This document shows positions 26,183 through 33,123 of a DNA stretch of 64,000 nucleotides, piece after piece (positions within the stretch are counted from its first letter, which is position 1; each line of letters starts with the position of its first letter). Source of the DNA: an uncultured bacterium. GTDB lineage: Bacteria; Patescibacteriota; Saccharimonadia; UBA4664. Below the pieces are notes generated by a model, which saw only the letters and a program-made list of their open reading frames with translations, was not told where the DNA came from and made no database searches. The stretch spans positions 69,916 through 133,915 of the forward strand of contig CAVRET010000001.1 in the NCBI GenBank assembly GCA_963720265.1, written 5' to 3'. Both the position numbers and the translations under genes were made by a program.

Positions 26183-27202
26183 TTAACTAAAATAAATTCG
26201 CATGATGAGCCTGGCAAGTTTATCAGGGTCATGACGGATGAATGTGCGTGGGATACGCTGCTCGACGGCCGAGAGCTTCGGGATGGTGTCGGAGACGAGA
26301 TCGGCGCCGATAGCCTGGTAGTGGGCTGCTTTTAGGGCTTTTGCGTCATAACCAACAGCATATTCCCCTGCTGTAGCATATTTTTCAAGTAGGGCTCGGC
26401 TCGGCCGGTTGGTGTTGAATATTAGGAAATCGAGTCGGCCGGCGCCGATAAAGCGCTCAATCTCGCGAGCAAAATCATGGGCCTTAAAGCCGTCTGTTTG
26501 GCCGGCCTTGGTAACAAGGTTGGAGACATAGATAACTTTGGCCCGGCTGGCAGCTAGAGTTTCGGTGGCTCCGGGCACAATCAGTGTGGGCGCGAGTGAC
26601 GTATAGAGGTTGCCTGGCGCAATGATCACGAGATCGGCTTCGGTGAGTGCAGTTTTCGCCTCAGGGTTGAGTTTGGCGGGCGGATCGAGCGACAGTTTTG
26701 GCTGAGCTTTGGCGAGCACATATTGTTGGATTTCGTACTGGCCGCGGATGACCCGACCGTCTGATTCGGTTAATACGAGATGTGTATCGCTGAGCGTGAC
26801 CGGTACAACACGGCCGGTAATGGCGAGCATCCGGCTGGCAGCTGTAACCGCTTCGGCGAAGCTGCCGGTGGTTTTTTCAAGCGCGGTGAGAAATAAGTTG
26901 CCAAACGAGTGGCCCTCAAGCGCGCCGGCCTCGAAGCGGTAGTTGAAGAGTCCGCGCATTGAGCTGTCGGCTTCGGATAGCGCGACCAGACACTGGCGGA
27001 CGTCGCCGGGCGGTAAGGCGCCGAGCTCGTCACGTAGTGCGCCGGTGGAGCCGCCGTTATCTGACATGTTTACAATGGCCGTAATGTCCCGGGCGTAGGC
27101 TTTGAGACCTGAAAGTACTGCAAACGAGCCGGTGCCGCCGCCGATGACCACGACTTTGGGGCCGCTATGGGATTGGGTTGTCCTGTCTTGGTTTTTTGAC
27201 AT
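26183..27202 (-). CDS. YvcK/CofD (UPF0052) family protein; gluconeogenesis factor or 2-phospho-L-lactate transferase-like
   Basis: The N-terminal VVVIGGGTGSFAVLSGLK and the MSDNGGSTG motif are typical of the YvcK/CofD family. The protein is 339 aa. Confidence 0.7.
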   Translation of the reverse strand: MSKNQDRTTQSHSGPKVVVIGGGTGSFAVLSGLKAYARDITAIVNMSDNGGSTGALRDELGALPPGDVRQCLVALSEADSSMRGLFNYRFEAGALEGHSFGNLFLTALEKTTGSFAEAVTAASRMLAITGRVVPVTLSDTHLVLTESDGRVIRGQYEIQQYVLAKAQPKLSLDPPAKLNPEAKTALTEADLVIIAPGNLYTSLAPTLIVPGATETLAASRAKVIYVSNLVTKAGQTDGFKAHDFAREIERFIGAGRLDFLIFNTNRPSRALLEKYATAGEYAVGYDAKALKAAHYQAIGADLVSDTIPKLSAVEQRIPRTFIRHDPDKLARLIMRIYFS

Positions 27203-28591
27203 TTAAAATGAGGTGAGCTGCTTGGCTAGGACTTCCCCTAGCTTAGCGATTTTGACACGAGTTTGCTTCATGGTGTCGCGGTGGCGGATGGTGACGGATT
27301 GGTCTTCGAGCGAGTCAAAATCCACAACCACGCACAGCGGCGTGCCGATTTCGTCTTGGCGGCGGTAGCGTTTGCCGATGTTGCCGTTGTCGTCGTAGGC
27401 TACGGCGCCGAATTTTGCCTTGGTGTCGGTAAAAACCTCGCGTGCCAGCTTTACGAGTTCGGGCTTGTTACGCAAGAGCGGTGAGACAGCGATCTTGACC
27501 GGTGCCAGTTCCGGCTTGAGGTGCAAGACCACTCGGGTGTCACTCTCCCCTATTTGCTCTTCTTCATAGGCTGCCGCCAATACGGCCAGCACATGGCGGT
27601 CGAGGCCAAAGGTGGGTTCGACCACATGAGGAATGAATTTTTTGCCGGCCTCGTCGGTGTAGCTAAGGTCGGTGCCGGAGTGCTTGGTATGGTTTGAGAG
27701 GTCGAAGTCGGTTCGGTAGGCCATGCCGGCAATTTCTTTGACGCCAAACGGGAATCTGTACTCAAAGTCGATGGTTTTTTTAGAGTAGTGCGCGCGATCG
27801 GCAGCCGGGACGTTGAGCTCATGGATATCGGATGCTGCGAGGCCAATCCGGTTAAACCAGGCGTGAGCAAGTTTTTGCATGTCGGCGAATGTTTGCTCCC
27901 AGATGTCAGGGTCAATGAAGTACTCAAACTCCATGATGTCGAATTCGCGCACACGGAAGATAAAATCTTTGGGTGTGATTTCGTTACGGAAGTTTTTGCC
28001 GATTTGGGCGAGGCCAAACGGCAGCTTGGGGTGCAGCGAGTCGAGCACGTTTTTGAAGTTTACAAACATGCCTTGGGCGGTTTCGCCGCGCAGATATGCG
28101 ATTGAGGTCGAATCTTCGGTGCTGCCAATGCGGACTGGGAACATAAGGTTGAACTGGCGGGCCGACGTGAGCTCGTTACCGGCCGGGCTTTTGATTTTTA
28201 GCTCTATAATTTTGGCGTCCATCTCCGGGACAGTGAGGCTCGCGGCATCGTCCACGCCGTTGTCTTCGAGCAAATGGTCTGCCCGGTAGCGCACGTGTGT
28301 GACTTTGTCTTCTACGAGCGGGTCGGCAAATCCGGCGCCGGTGTGGCCGCTGGCTTCCCAGACTTTAGCATTCATGAGGATTGCGGTATCGAGGCCAAAC
28401 ATGTCCTCGCGTTCGGTCACGAAGTGCTGCCACCATAGGTTCTTGATGTTGTTTTTGAGTAAAACACCGTATGGACCGTAATCCCAGGTGCCGGCTAGAC
28501 CGCCGTAGATCTCGGAGCCCTGAAAAATAAAACCACGCCGCTTGGCGAGTGATACGAGTGTTTCTAACGTTATTTCAGGGGTTTTGGGCAT
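27203..28591 (-). CDS. glyQS: Glycyl-tRNA synthetase, alpha2 homodimeric type
   Basis: A 462-aa protein with GLAGTWDYGPYGV, class II motifs and an anticodon-binding C-terminus. Confidence 0.9.
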   Translation of the reverse strand: MPKTPEITLETLVSLAKRRGFIFQGSEIYGGLAGTWDYGPYGVLLKNNIKNLWWQHFVTEREDMFGLDTAILMNAKVWEASGHTGAGFADPLVEDKVTHVRYRADHLLEDNGVDDAASLTVPEMDAKIIELKIKSPAGNELTSARQFNLMFPVRIGSTEDSTSIAYLRGETAQGMFVNFKNVLDSLHPKLPFGLAQIGKNFRNEITPKDFIFRVREFDIMEFEYFIDPDIWEQTFADMQKLAHAWFNRIGLAASDIHELNVPAADRAHYSKKTIDFEYRFPFGVKEIAGMAYRTDFDLSNHTKHSGTDLSYTDEAGKKFIPHVVEPTFGLDRHVLAVLAAAYEEEQIGESDTRVVLHLKPELAPVKIAVSPLLRNKPELVKLAREVFTDTKAKFGAVAYDDNGNIGKRYRRQDEIGTPLCVVVDFDSLEDQSVTIRHRDTMKQTRVKIAKLGEVLAKQLTSF

Positions 28592-28600
28592 GATGGTTCC

Positions 28601-28906
28601 TTAAAAATGTAAATTGTCCGGTGAAGTGAGGTCATTATAGTCATCTTCGCCGAGCGAGCCAACCTCAAGCAGGTAGGCCAGGTCGGCGAGGTAGCTGTCG
28701 GTAACTTCTGCTAGGCGCGGTGACTTGCGGTCGGCCAGGATGCGCAGGGTGGCGATGGAATCTCTTATGAATTCCTCGACTTCATCGGCTGTCATCATCT
28801 CGCCCTCGGTGAGCTCGGGGTTTGATACACAGCGGGCCGGCGGCTCAACACCATTGGCTTCAAAATCCGCCAGTCGCCAGGCGAGTTCAGATGCAGGACG
28901 GTTCAT
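28601..28906 (-). CDS. Small acidic protein, paralogue family A (N-terminal SELAWxLAxFxAxGVEPPxxCVxN motif)
   Basis: A 101-aa ORF that ends 9 nt upstream of glyQS. Its N-terminal 30 aa are shared with 29243-29563. Confidence 0.45.
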   Translation of the reverse strand: MNRPASELAWRLADFEANGVEPPARCVSNPELTEGEMMTADEVEEFIRDSIATLRILADRKSPRLAEVTDSYLADLAYLLEVGSLGEDDYNDLTSPDNLHF

Positions 28907-29045
28907 TGGGTTATTTTAGCAGATCATTCCAGGCTAAATTGAGCTGCTACTCCCAGGCGGTCGGCGCGCGGCCGCCTGGGAGTAGCTCGCAATGGGACTG
29001 GTGGTGGCTGGTGAGCCGCCGTGGTGACCGGATGGATGAGCCCGT

Positions 29046-29336
29046 TCAGGCCGCCTGGATGCCCGAAACCAACGTGAGCCGGGCGGTGACAGTGCTGTTG
29101 TCGGCCATGAATCGCCGAACAGCCGACTCCGGAATGCGGATATTGCATCCGATACGGATATTGCATCCGATGCTGTAATGCCCGATCTCGCGCCTTGCGC
29201 ACAGGCGGTGGACCGTCGTGGCGCTGACACGCAAAAACGCGGCTAGCTCGTCAGATGTCCACAGGGGCCCGATCGTGTCAACGGTGTGCTCGTCCATTTC
29301 TCCCGCTGTGAGCAGGTGCTCATTGTCGCCGTCCAT
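29046..29336 (-). CDS. BldC/Xis-type (MerR-superfamily excisionase-fold) HTH protein containing an in-frame 18-bp tandem duplication
   Basis: DNEHLLTAGE...DELAAFLRVSATTVHRLCARREI...IPESAVRRFM resembles BldC. The IGCNIR segment is duplicated. The start is ambiguous and overlaps the neighbouring ORF. Confidence 0.45.
   Translation of the reverse strand: MDGDNEHLLTAGEMDEHTVDTIGPLWTSDELAAFLRVSATTVHRLCARREIGHYSIGCNIRIGCNIRIPESAVRRFMADNSTVTARLTLVSGIQAA
29137..29172. repeat. 18-bp tandem duplication (cggatattgcatccgat a/g) x2 within the HTH gene
   Basis: Seen directly. It encodes IGCNIR-IGCNIR. Confidence 0.85.
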
Positions 29337-29563
29337 GCGTTGCCTCTTCCTGATCTTGGCCGTGCGGCCTGATGTGAAGCGCAGGCCAAGCCGGCCCAGC
29401 CTTCGAGGAGGGTTTCCTCATTTATTACCTTGGCACAGATACGAATCGTGTCAATGCTTGAGTGCCAGATGGTGCTCGTAGAATTTGTCACACAGCCGGT
29501 TGGCGGCTCAACGCCGGCGGCGCGGAAGCCAGCCAGTTTCCAAGCTAATTCCGAGTGTGTCAT
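29243..29563 (-). CDS. Small protein, paralogue family B (shares the SELAWKLAGFRAAGVEPPTGCVTN N-terminus with 28601-28906); diverged C-terminus
   Basis: The start is placed at the internal Met of the tracker ORF 29243-29692. It overlaps the start of 29046-29336 in another frame. Confidence 0.35.
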   Translation of the reverse strand: MTHSELAWKLAGFRAAGVEPPTGCVTNSTSTIWHSSIDTIRICAKVINEETLLEGWAGLACASHQAARPRSGRGNAWTATMSTCSQREKWTSTPLTRSGPCGHLTS

Positions 29564-29630
29564 GCGGGTATTGTAACGAATGATTTGTGGCAGCTGGCGC
29601 GCGGGATGGGTTGCGGCCCATCCCGCGGCG

Positions 29631-30191
29631 TCAACGTTGGGCTCGCTCGGCGGCGAGCTCCCGGATGTAGCTTTCCGAAAAGCGTGGGTCACCTTGCTGA
29701 ACGACCCCAGTTGTTGGAAGACGTATCGCAGTTATCCTCCTCTTGCCCAGGGCAATGAAGACTGCGTACGGTGTGATGCCCAGAATTTCGGCGGCCTCTT
29801 TAAGGGTTAGAAGCCGTTTCAGCCGTCCCTCCTCCTGGCCGATTAGTTGCCGAATGTGGTACTCCGGGAAGCGCCATACCGTTCTTGGCGAGGATGTGGC
29901 CTTAACGGCCACTAGCAGTCCCTCAGACGCGAATCGCCTGACGGTCTGCGGGTTGATCCTCATCAAGTCAGCGACTTCTTCAGCAAACAGGATTCGCTCG
30001 TACATGAGCGAGCATCCTGCCGGTAGTCGCAGTACGGCTCTGATCATGTCTTCAGTTGTGCGGCCCTGTTCGCGGTCGGCGGCGGTCCGGGCCAATAGGC
30101 CGCCGGTTGCGAGCATTTGCCGACCAATCGACTGCCCGACACGAAAGATTAGGCAGACCTTTTGTAGGTCGTGGTTAGGTCGGGGCATCAC
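29631..30191 (-). CDS. Tandem triple BldC-like HTH protein (three Xis/MerR-type HTH_17 repeats)
   Basis: The repeats are VCLIFRVGQSIGRQ..., ILFAEEVADLMRINPQTVRRFASEGLL...WRFPEYHIRQLI and LLTLKEAAEILGITPYAVFIALGKRRITAIRLP...FSESYIRELA. Confidence 0.6.
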   Translation of the reverse strand: MMPRPNHDLQKVCLIFRVGQSIGRQMLATGGLLARTAADREQGRTTEDMIRAVLRLPAGCSLMYERILFAEEVADLMRINPQTVRRFASEGLLVAVKATSSPRTVWRFPEYHIRQLIGQEEGRLKRLLTLKEAAEILGITPYAVFIALGKRRITAIRLPTTGVVQQGDPRFSESYIRELAAERAQR

Positions 30192-30757
30192 TCTCCCCTC
30201 GTGGCTCGGAGGAGCCTCATGGTTCGAAGCAGCGCTTCTACGGAACTGGTGCGGAACAACCTGCTCCGACCGCTCGGCGTTCGGATTGACTCAAGCTTGC
30301 CGGTTCTACCCCACAGGTTGACGGTTTCCTTGCTACGGCCCAGTCGGTGGGACGTTTCACTGGCGGTCATGAAAGGATCGTCGAAGAGATCGCCATACGG
30401 TTGTCCGATGTATACTCGCACGAGCCGTTCATTGGCTAGATGGTCTCCGCCCGGTGTTCGGACAGCGCCGAACAGTCCCTCGTCGCACCATCTAGCGGCA
30501 GTGGTGATGTCTACCCTGAATAGCTGGTGGAGCTCGTTGGTAGTGAGCCAAGCCAGCTCCATCTCCTCGTTTTCGCGCAGCCTGAGGTGTCGGCGGAGGA
30601 CGCTTTCGCGGAACAGGCGGCCTCGACCACTGACGAATTCCGACTCGATGAGCCCTGCGGTGATCCACCGGTGAACGGTGGTGTTCGTGTCCACCCGGAA
30701 TAGCCGTGCGACTTCCCTTATGCGGTAGTAGGTTACGCCCCCAATGCGTGTGGGCAT
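30188..30757 (-). CDS. Tandem triple BldC-like HTH protein
   Basis: The repeats are YYRIREVARLFRVDTNTTVHRWITAGLI..., WLTTNELHQLFRVDITTAARWCDEGLFGAVRTPGGDH... and FMTASETSHRLGRSKETVNLWGRTGKLESIRTPSGRSRLFRTSSVEALL. The start is at an internal Met with a GGAAGGGA RBS; the tracker ORF extends to 30829. Confidence 0.6.
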   Translation of the reverse strand: MPTRIGGVTYYRIREVARLFRVDTNTTVHRWITAGLIESEFVSGRGRLFRESVLRRHLRLRENEEMELAWLTTNELHQLFRVDITTAARWCDEGLFGAVRTPGGDHLANERLVRVYIGQPYGDLFDDPFMTASETSHRLGRSKETVNLWGRTGKLESIRTPSGRSRLFRTSSVEALLRTMRLLRATRGE

Positions 30758-30840
30758 GGCGCTCGTCCCTTCCAGTAGGTACCGCTTATACCACGATGAT
30801 AGATTGCAAATTTTATAGATTGATGTCAATACATGTGTAT
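30758..30840 (-). promoter_or_regulatory. AT-rich internal promoter-like region inside the island (TTGACA / TTGCAA and TATAAA / TATAAG elements)
   Basis: The local GC drops sharply. On the - strand the sequence tattgacatcaatctataaaatttgcaatctatcatcgtggtataagc precedes the RBS of 30188-30757. Confidence 0.35.
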
Positions 30841-30933
30841 GGCGTTAGTTGGCAAGCCAGGGGCGACGCGGGTGCGCCGTCCCTGGCTTCCGGCATCGGG
30901 TTGGTGGCCAGCGGCTCCGTATGGCCGGCCCGG

Positions 30934-31182
30934 TTACGGCCGATGACCGTTTGGACCTTGAGCATCCGGGCCTGGCCCATCGCCTCGGAGCAGGGCGCGA
31001 ATTTCACCTTCGCGGAACCGGCGGTGACCGCCGGGCGTCCGTATTGAGGTGATGCGGCCGGAAGCCGCCCAGCGCGTGACGGTCTTAGGGTCAACCCTGA
31101 ACAGCGCGGCTACTTCGCCGGGTGTAAGCAGGTGCTCGTCGTTTCCAGTGAGGATGCCCCCGCCTGTCGTGACTTCAGACAT
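30934..31182 (-). CDS. bldC: BldC homologue (small MerR/Xis-family developmental-regulator-like HTH protein)
   Basis: The 82-aa ORF is nearly collinear with Streptomyces BldC: LLTPGEVAALFRVDPKTVTRWAASGRITSIRTPGGHRRFREGEIRALL. Confidence 0.7.
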   Translation of the reverse strand: MSEVTTGGGILTGNDEHLLTPGEVAALFRVDPKTVTRWAASGRITSIRTPGGHRRFREGEIRALLRGDGPGPDAQGPNGHRP

Positions 31183-31293
31183 CGTTCACCTCTCTTTCGG
31201 CCAACTGGCCTTGCGGGAACTGTGGCCAGATATGGCCCTGATGAGTGGTTACCTCTCTTACTGTGTCACAGTTGATGAACGCGTCAAGGCTCG

Positions 31294-31848
31294 TTACGAG
31301 GGCTGTGACCTTTGGATGGCCTCGACCTCAGAGGTGCGGAATCGGCGCGTGCCCTGGCCTCCGGTTGGCGTGTGGATCACCGTGAGCTTCCTCTTGGCGA
31401 CGAGCCTGTTAACCCCGTTCTTGTTGATACCTAGGCGGTCTATGACCGTCCGAATGCTCACCAGGGGGTCATCAGCGAGGGGGCCCGTGGGATTGCCCAT
31501 GACCTGCCGGATTGTGGATTCGCGGAATCTGAGCTTGCCGCACCTTACGGCAGGGGTGCGGACGTGCGGCAAGCCGCTCTCTCGTACCCATCGGCCGATT
31601 GTGCGGCCGTTAATGTCGAGCAGCACCGTGATTTCATTGGGTTTGAGGAGTCCGTCTGCGAAGAGATCACCTCCTAGCTGGTCCAGGTAGGTTCTGATCT
31701 CGGCTTCCGGGATGCCTTTCCCTCCCTCTGGAGTCTCTGCGGTGGTGAAGAGGCTGTCATCGATCCAGGTGGGGACGGTATTTGGCGAGACGCGAAAAAG
31801 TTTGGCCACGTCATCTATGGGCATTACCGTCTGGGTTGGGGTTGTCAA
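31294..31848 (-). CDS. Tandem triple BldC-like HTH protein
   Basis: The repeats are PIDDVAKLFRVSPNTVPTWI..., KPNEITVLLDINGRTIGRWVRESGLPHVRTPAVRCGKLRFRESTIRQVM and SIRTVIDRLGINKNGVNRLVAKRKLTVIHTPTGGQGTRRFRTSEVEAIQ. Confidence 0.6.
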   Translation of the reverse strand: MTTPTQTVMPIDDVAKLFRVSPNTVPTWIDDSLFTTAETPEGGKGIPEAEIRTYLDQLGGDLFADGLLKPNEITVLLDINGRTIGRWVRESGLPHVRTPAVRCGKLRFRESTIRQVMGNPTGPLADDPLVSIRTVIDRLGINKNGVNRLVAKRKLTVIHTPTGGQGTRRFRTSEVEAIQRSQPS

Positions 31849-31919
31849 AGCGATGCCTTTCTCTCGGGCGTGCTGGACTGTTTTCCCGACCCAGACTTTG
31901 ATATATCAGGCGAGAATTG

Positions 31920-32633
31920 TCAACTTTTGAGCATAGCTTGGCCAAGATGGTGTTCATAGAATCCATCACATAGCGCCAGGGTAGATTCAGCCAGGCTTGG
32001 CGCGCCGCTAATGCGGGCGATTGTGGCGTAGGGATAGTCGCAGAGCAGGCGCCAGAGCTTGATGGCTTCGGTGCTAATGGGCTGCCCAGCGGCCGTAGCG
32101 TCGGCGGCGCACACGAGCCCGCCGCGAGCGGCGTCAAAGACGTAGGCGGTTGGTGCGTTGATGCCGCAGATGAGACAGCGGCCGAGTTCCGGCCGGTAGC
32201 CGATGAGGTTCAGGAGGCGGAGTTTAAACCAGAGTTCGGTGAGCTCACCGCCGGCGCCGTTGTTTACGACTCCCAATGCTTCGGCGAGATGGGCAAATAA
32301 TTCCGGCTGGGGCGTCTGCTCCGGTGCGGTGCGGTCAATGAGCCGGGCAAACAAATAGGCTAGATTCACCTGCTCGTAGGAACTCGTAAGCTCATGCGGA
32401 TACCATCGTAGGCGCGCTGACGTAATAACATCGAGGTTGCGGCCGGTGGCGAGTGAAAGTTGAGTATTGGCAAACAGCTCAAGGTGGCCGCCGAGGCGGC
32501 TCTTAATTTTGCGCACGCCTTTAGCCACGGCACTGAGCTTGCCGTGCTCGGGTGTGAGCAGGCGGATAATGCGGTCAGCCTCGCCAAAATTAGTGCGGCC
32601 AATAACGATGCCTTCGGTTTGATAAGTAGGCAT
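31920..32633 (-). CDS. recO: DNA repair protein RecO
   Basis: The N-terminal OB fold is EGIVIGRTNFGEADRIIRLLTPEHGKLSAVAKGVRKIKSRL. A C-terminal CxxC zinc motif (CLICG) is present. The protein is 237 aa. Confidence 0.85.
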   Translation of the reverse strand: MPTYQTEGIVIGRTNFGEADRIIRLLTPEHGKLSAVAKGVRKIKSRLGGHLELFANTQLSLATGRNLDVITSARLRWYPHELTSSYEQVNLAYLFARLIDRTAPEQTPQPELFAHLAEALGVVNNGAGGELTELWFKLRLLNLIGYRPELGRCLICGINAPTAYVFDAARGGLVCAADATAAGQPISTEAIKLWRLLCDYPYATIARISGAPSLAESTLALCDGFYEHHLGQAMLKS

Positions 32634-32660
32634 AATTTAATTATAGATGCCTGACCGGAG

Positions 32661-33062
32661 CTATTTCGCGGCGGATTTACCGCCGGAACTTCTGAGCACT
32701 TTCACGGCTTTTTGCACGACTTCGTCCGGCGTATGGTGGCTTTTTATGAGGTAATCGTTGACACCTAAGGCCTTGGCCAGCTCTTGGTTCATGTCAACTT
32801 CGGCCTGGCCCAAGTTGGTCAGCAGAATGATTGGGATTTGGCGCAGCTCGGGTTGTTTCTTGATCTCTTTAAGCACATGAAAGCCGTTTAGCTTGGGCAT
32901 CAGGATATCGAGCAGAATAAGCTCCGGCCTATAGGTTTTGAGGAGCGCTAGGCACTCCTCGCCATTAGTGGAAACGCGTACTTCGTGGCCTTCGAGCTCA
33001 AACTTGGCTTGGTACATCTCGACCAAAATGGTGTCGTCTTCAACAAGTAAAATCTTGGACAT
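32661..33062 (-). CDS. Stand-alone response-regulator receiver (CheY-like)
   Basis: The protein is 133 aa and contains ILLVEDD, a phospho-acceptor D in LILLDILMP, and T and K residues. It has no output domain. Confidence 0.8.
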   Translation of the reverse strand: MSKILLVEDDTILVEMYQAKFELEGHEVRVSTNGEECLALLKTYRPELILLDILMPKLNGFHVLKEIKKQPELRQIPIILLTNLGQAEVDMNQELAKALGVNDYLIKSHHTPDEVVQKAVKVLRSSGGKSAAK

Positions 33063-33123
33063 TAACTTCTCCCATGTCTCATGTTATCAGATCGGTGCAA
33101 GGCTATGCTAGCACCGATGTAGG

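Noticed and set aside
29743-31690. Several + strand ORFs (192, 167 and 213 aa) across the BldC-like island
   Set aside because: All are antisense to minus-strand genes that contain repeated recognisable HTH motifs. Their translations are Ser/Arg-rich with no domains.
28592-31919. Possibility that the BldC-like insertion is a prophage or integrative element (Xis-type proteins)
   Set aside because: There is no integrase, recombinase, relaxase, flanking tRNA or direct-repeat att sites. The proteins match the BldC regulator subfamily rather than phage excisionases. It is treated as a chromosomal regulator expansion.
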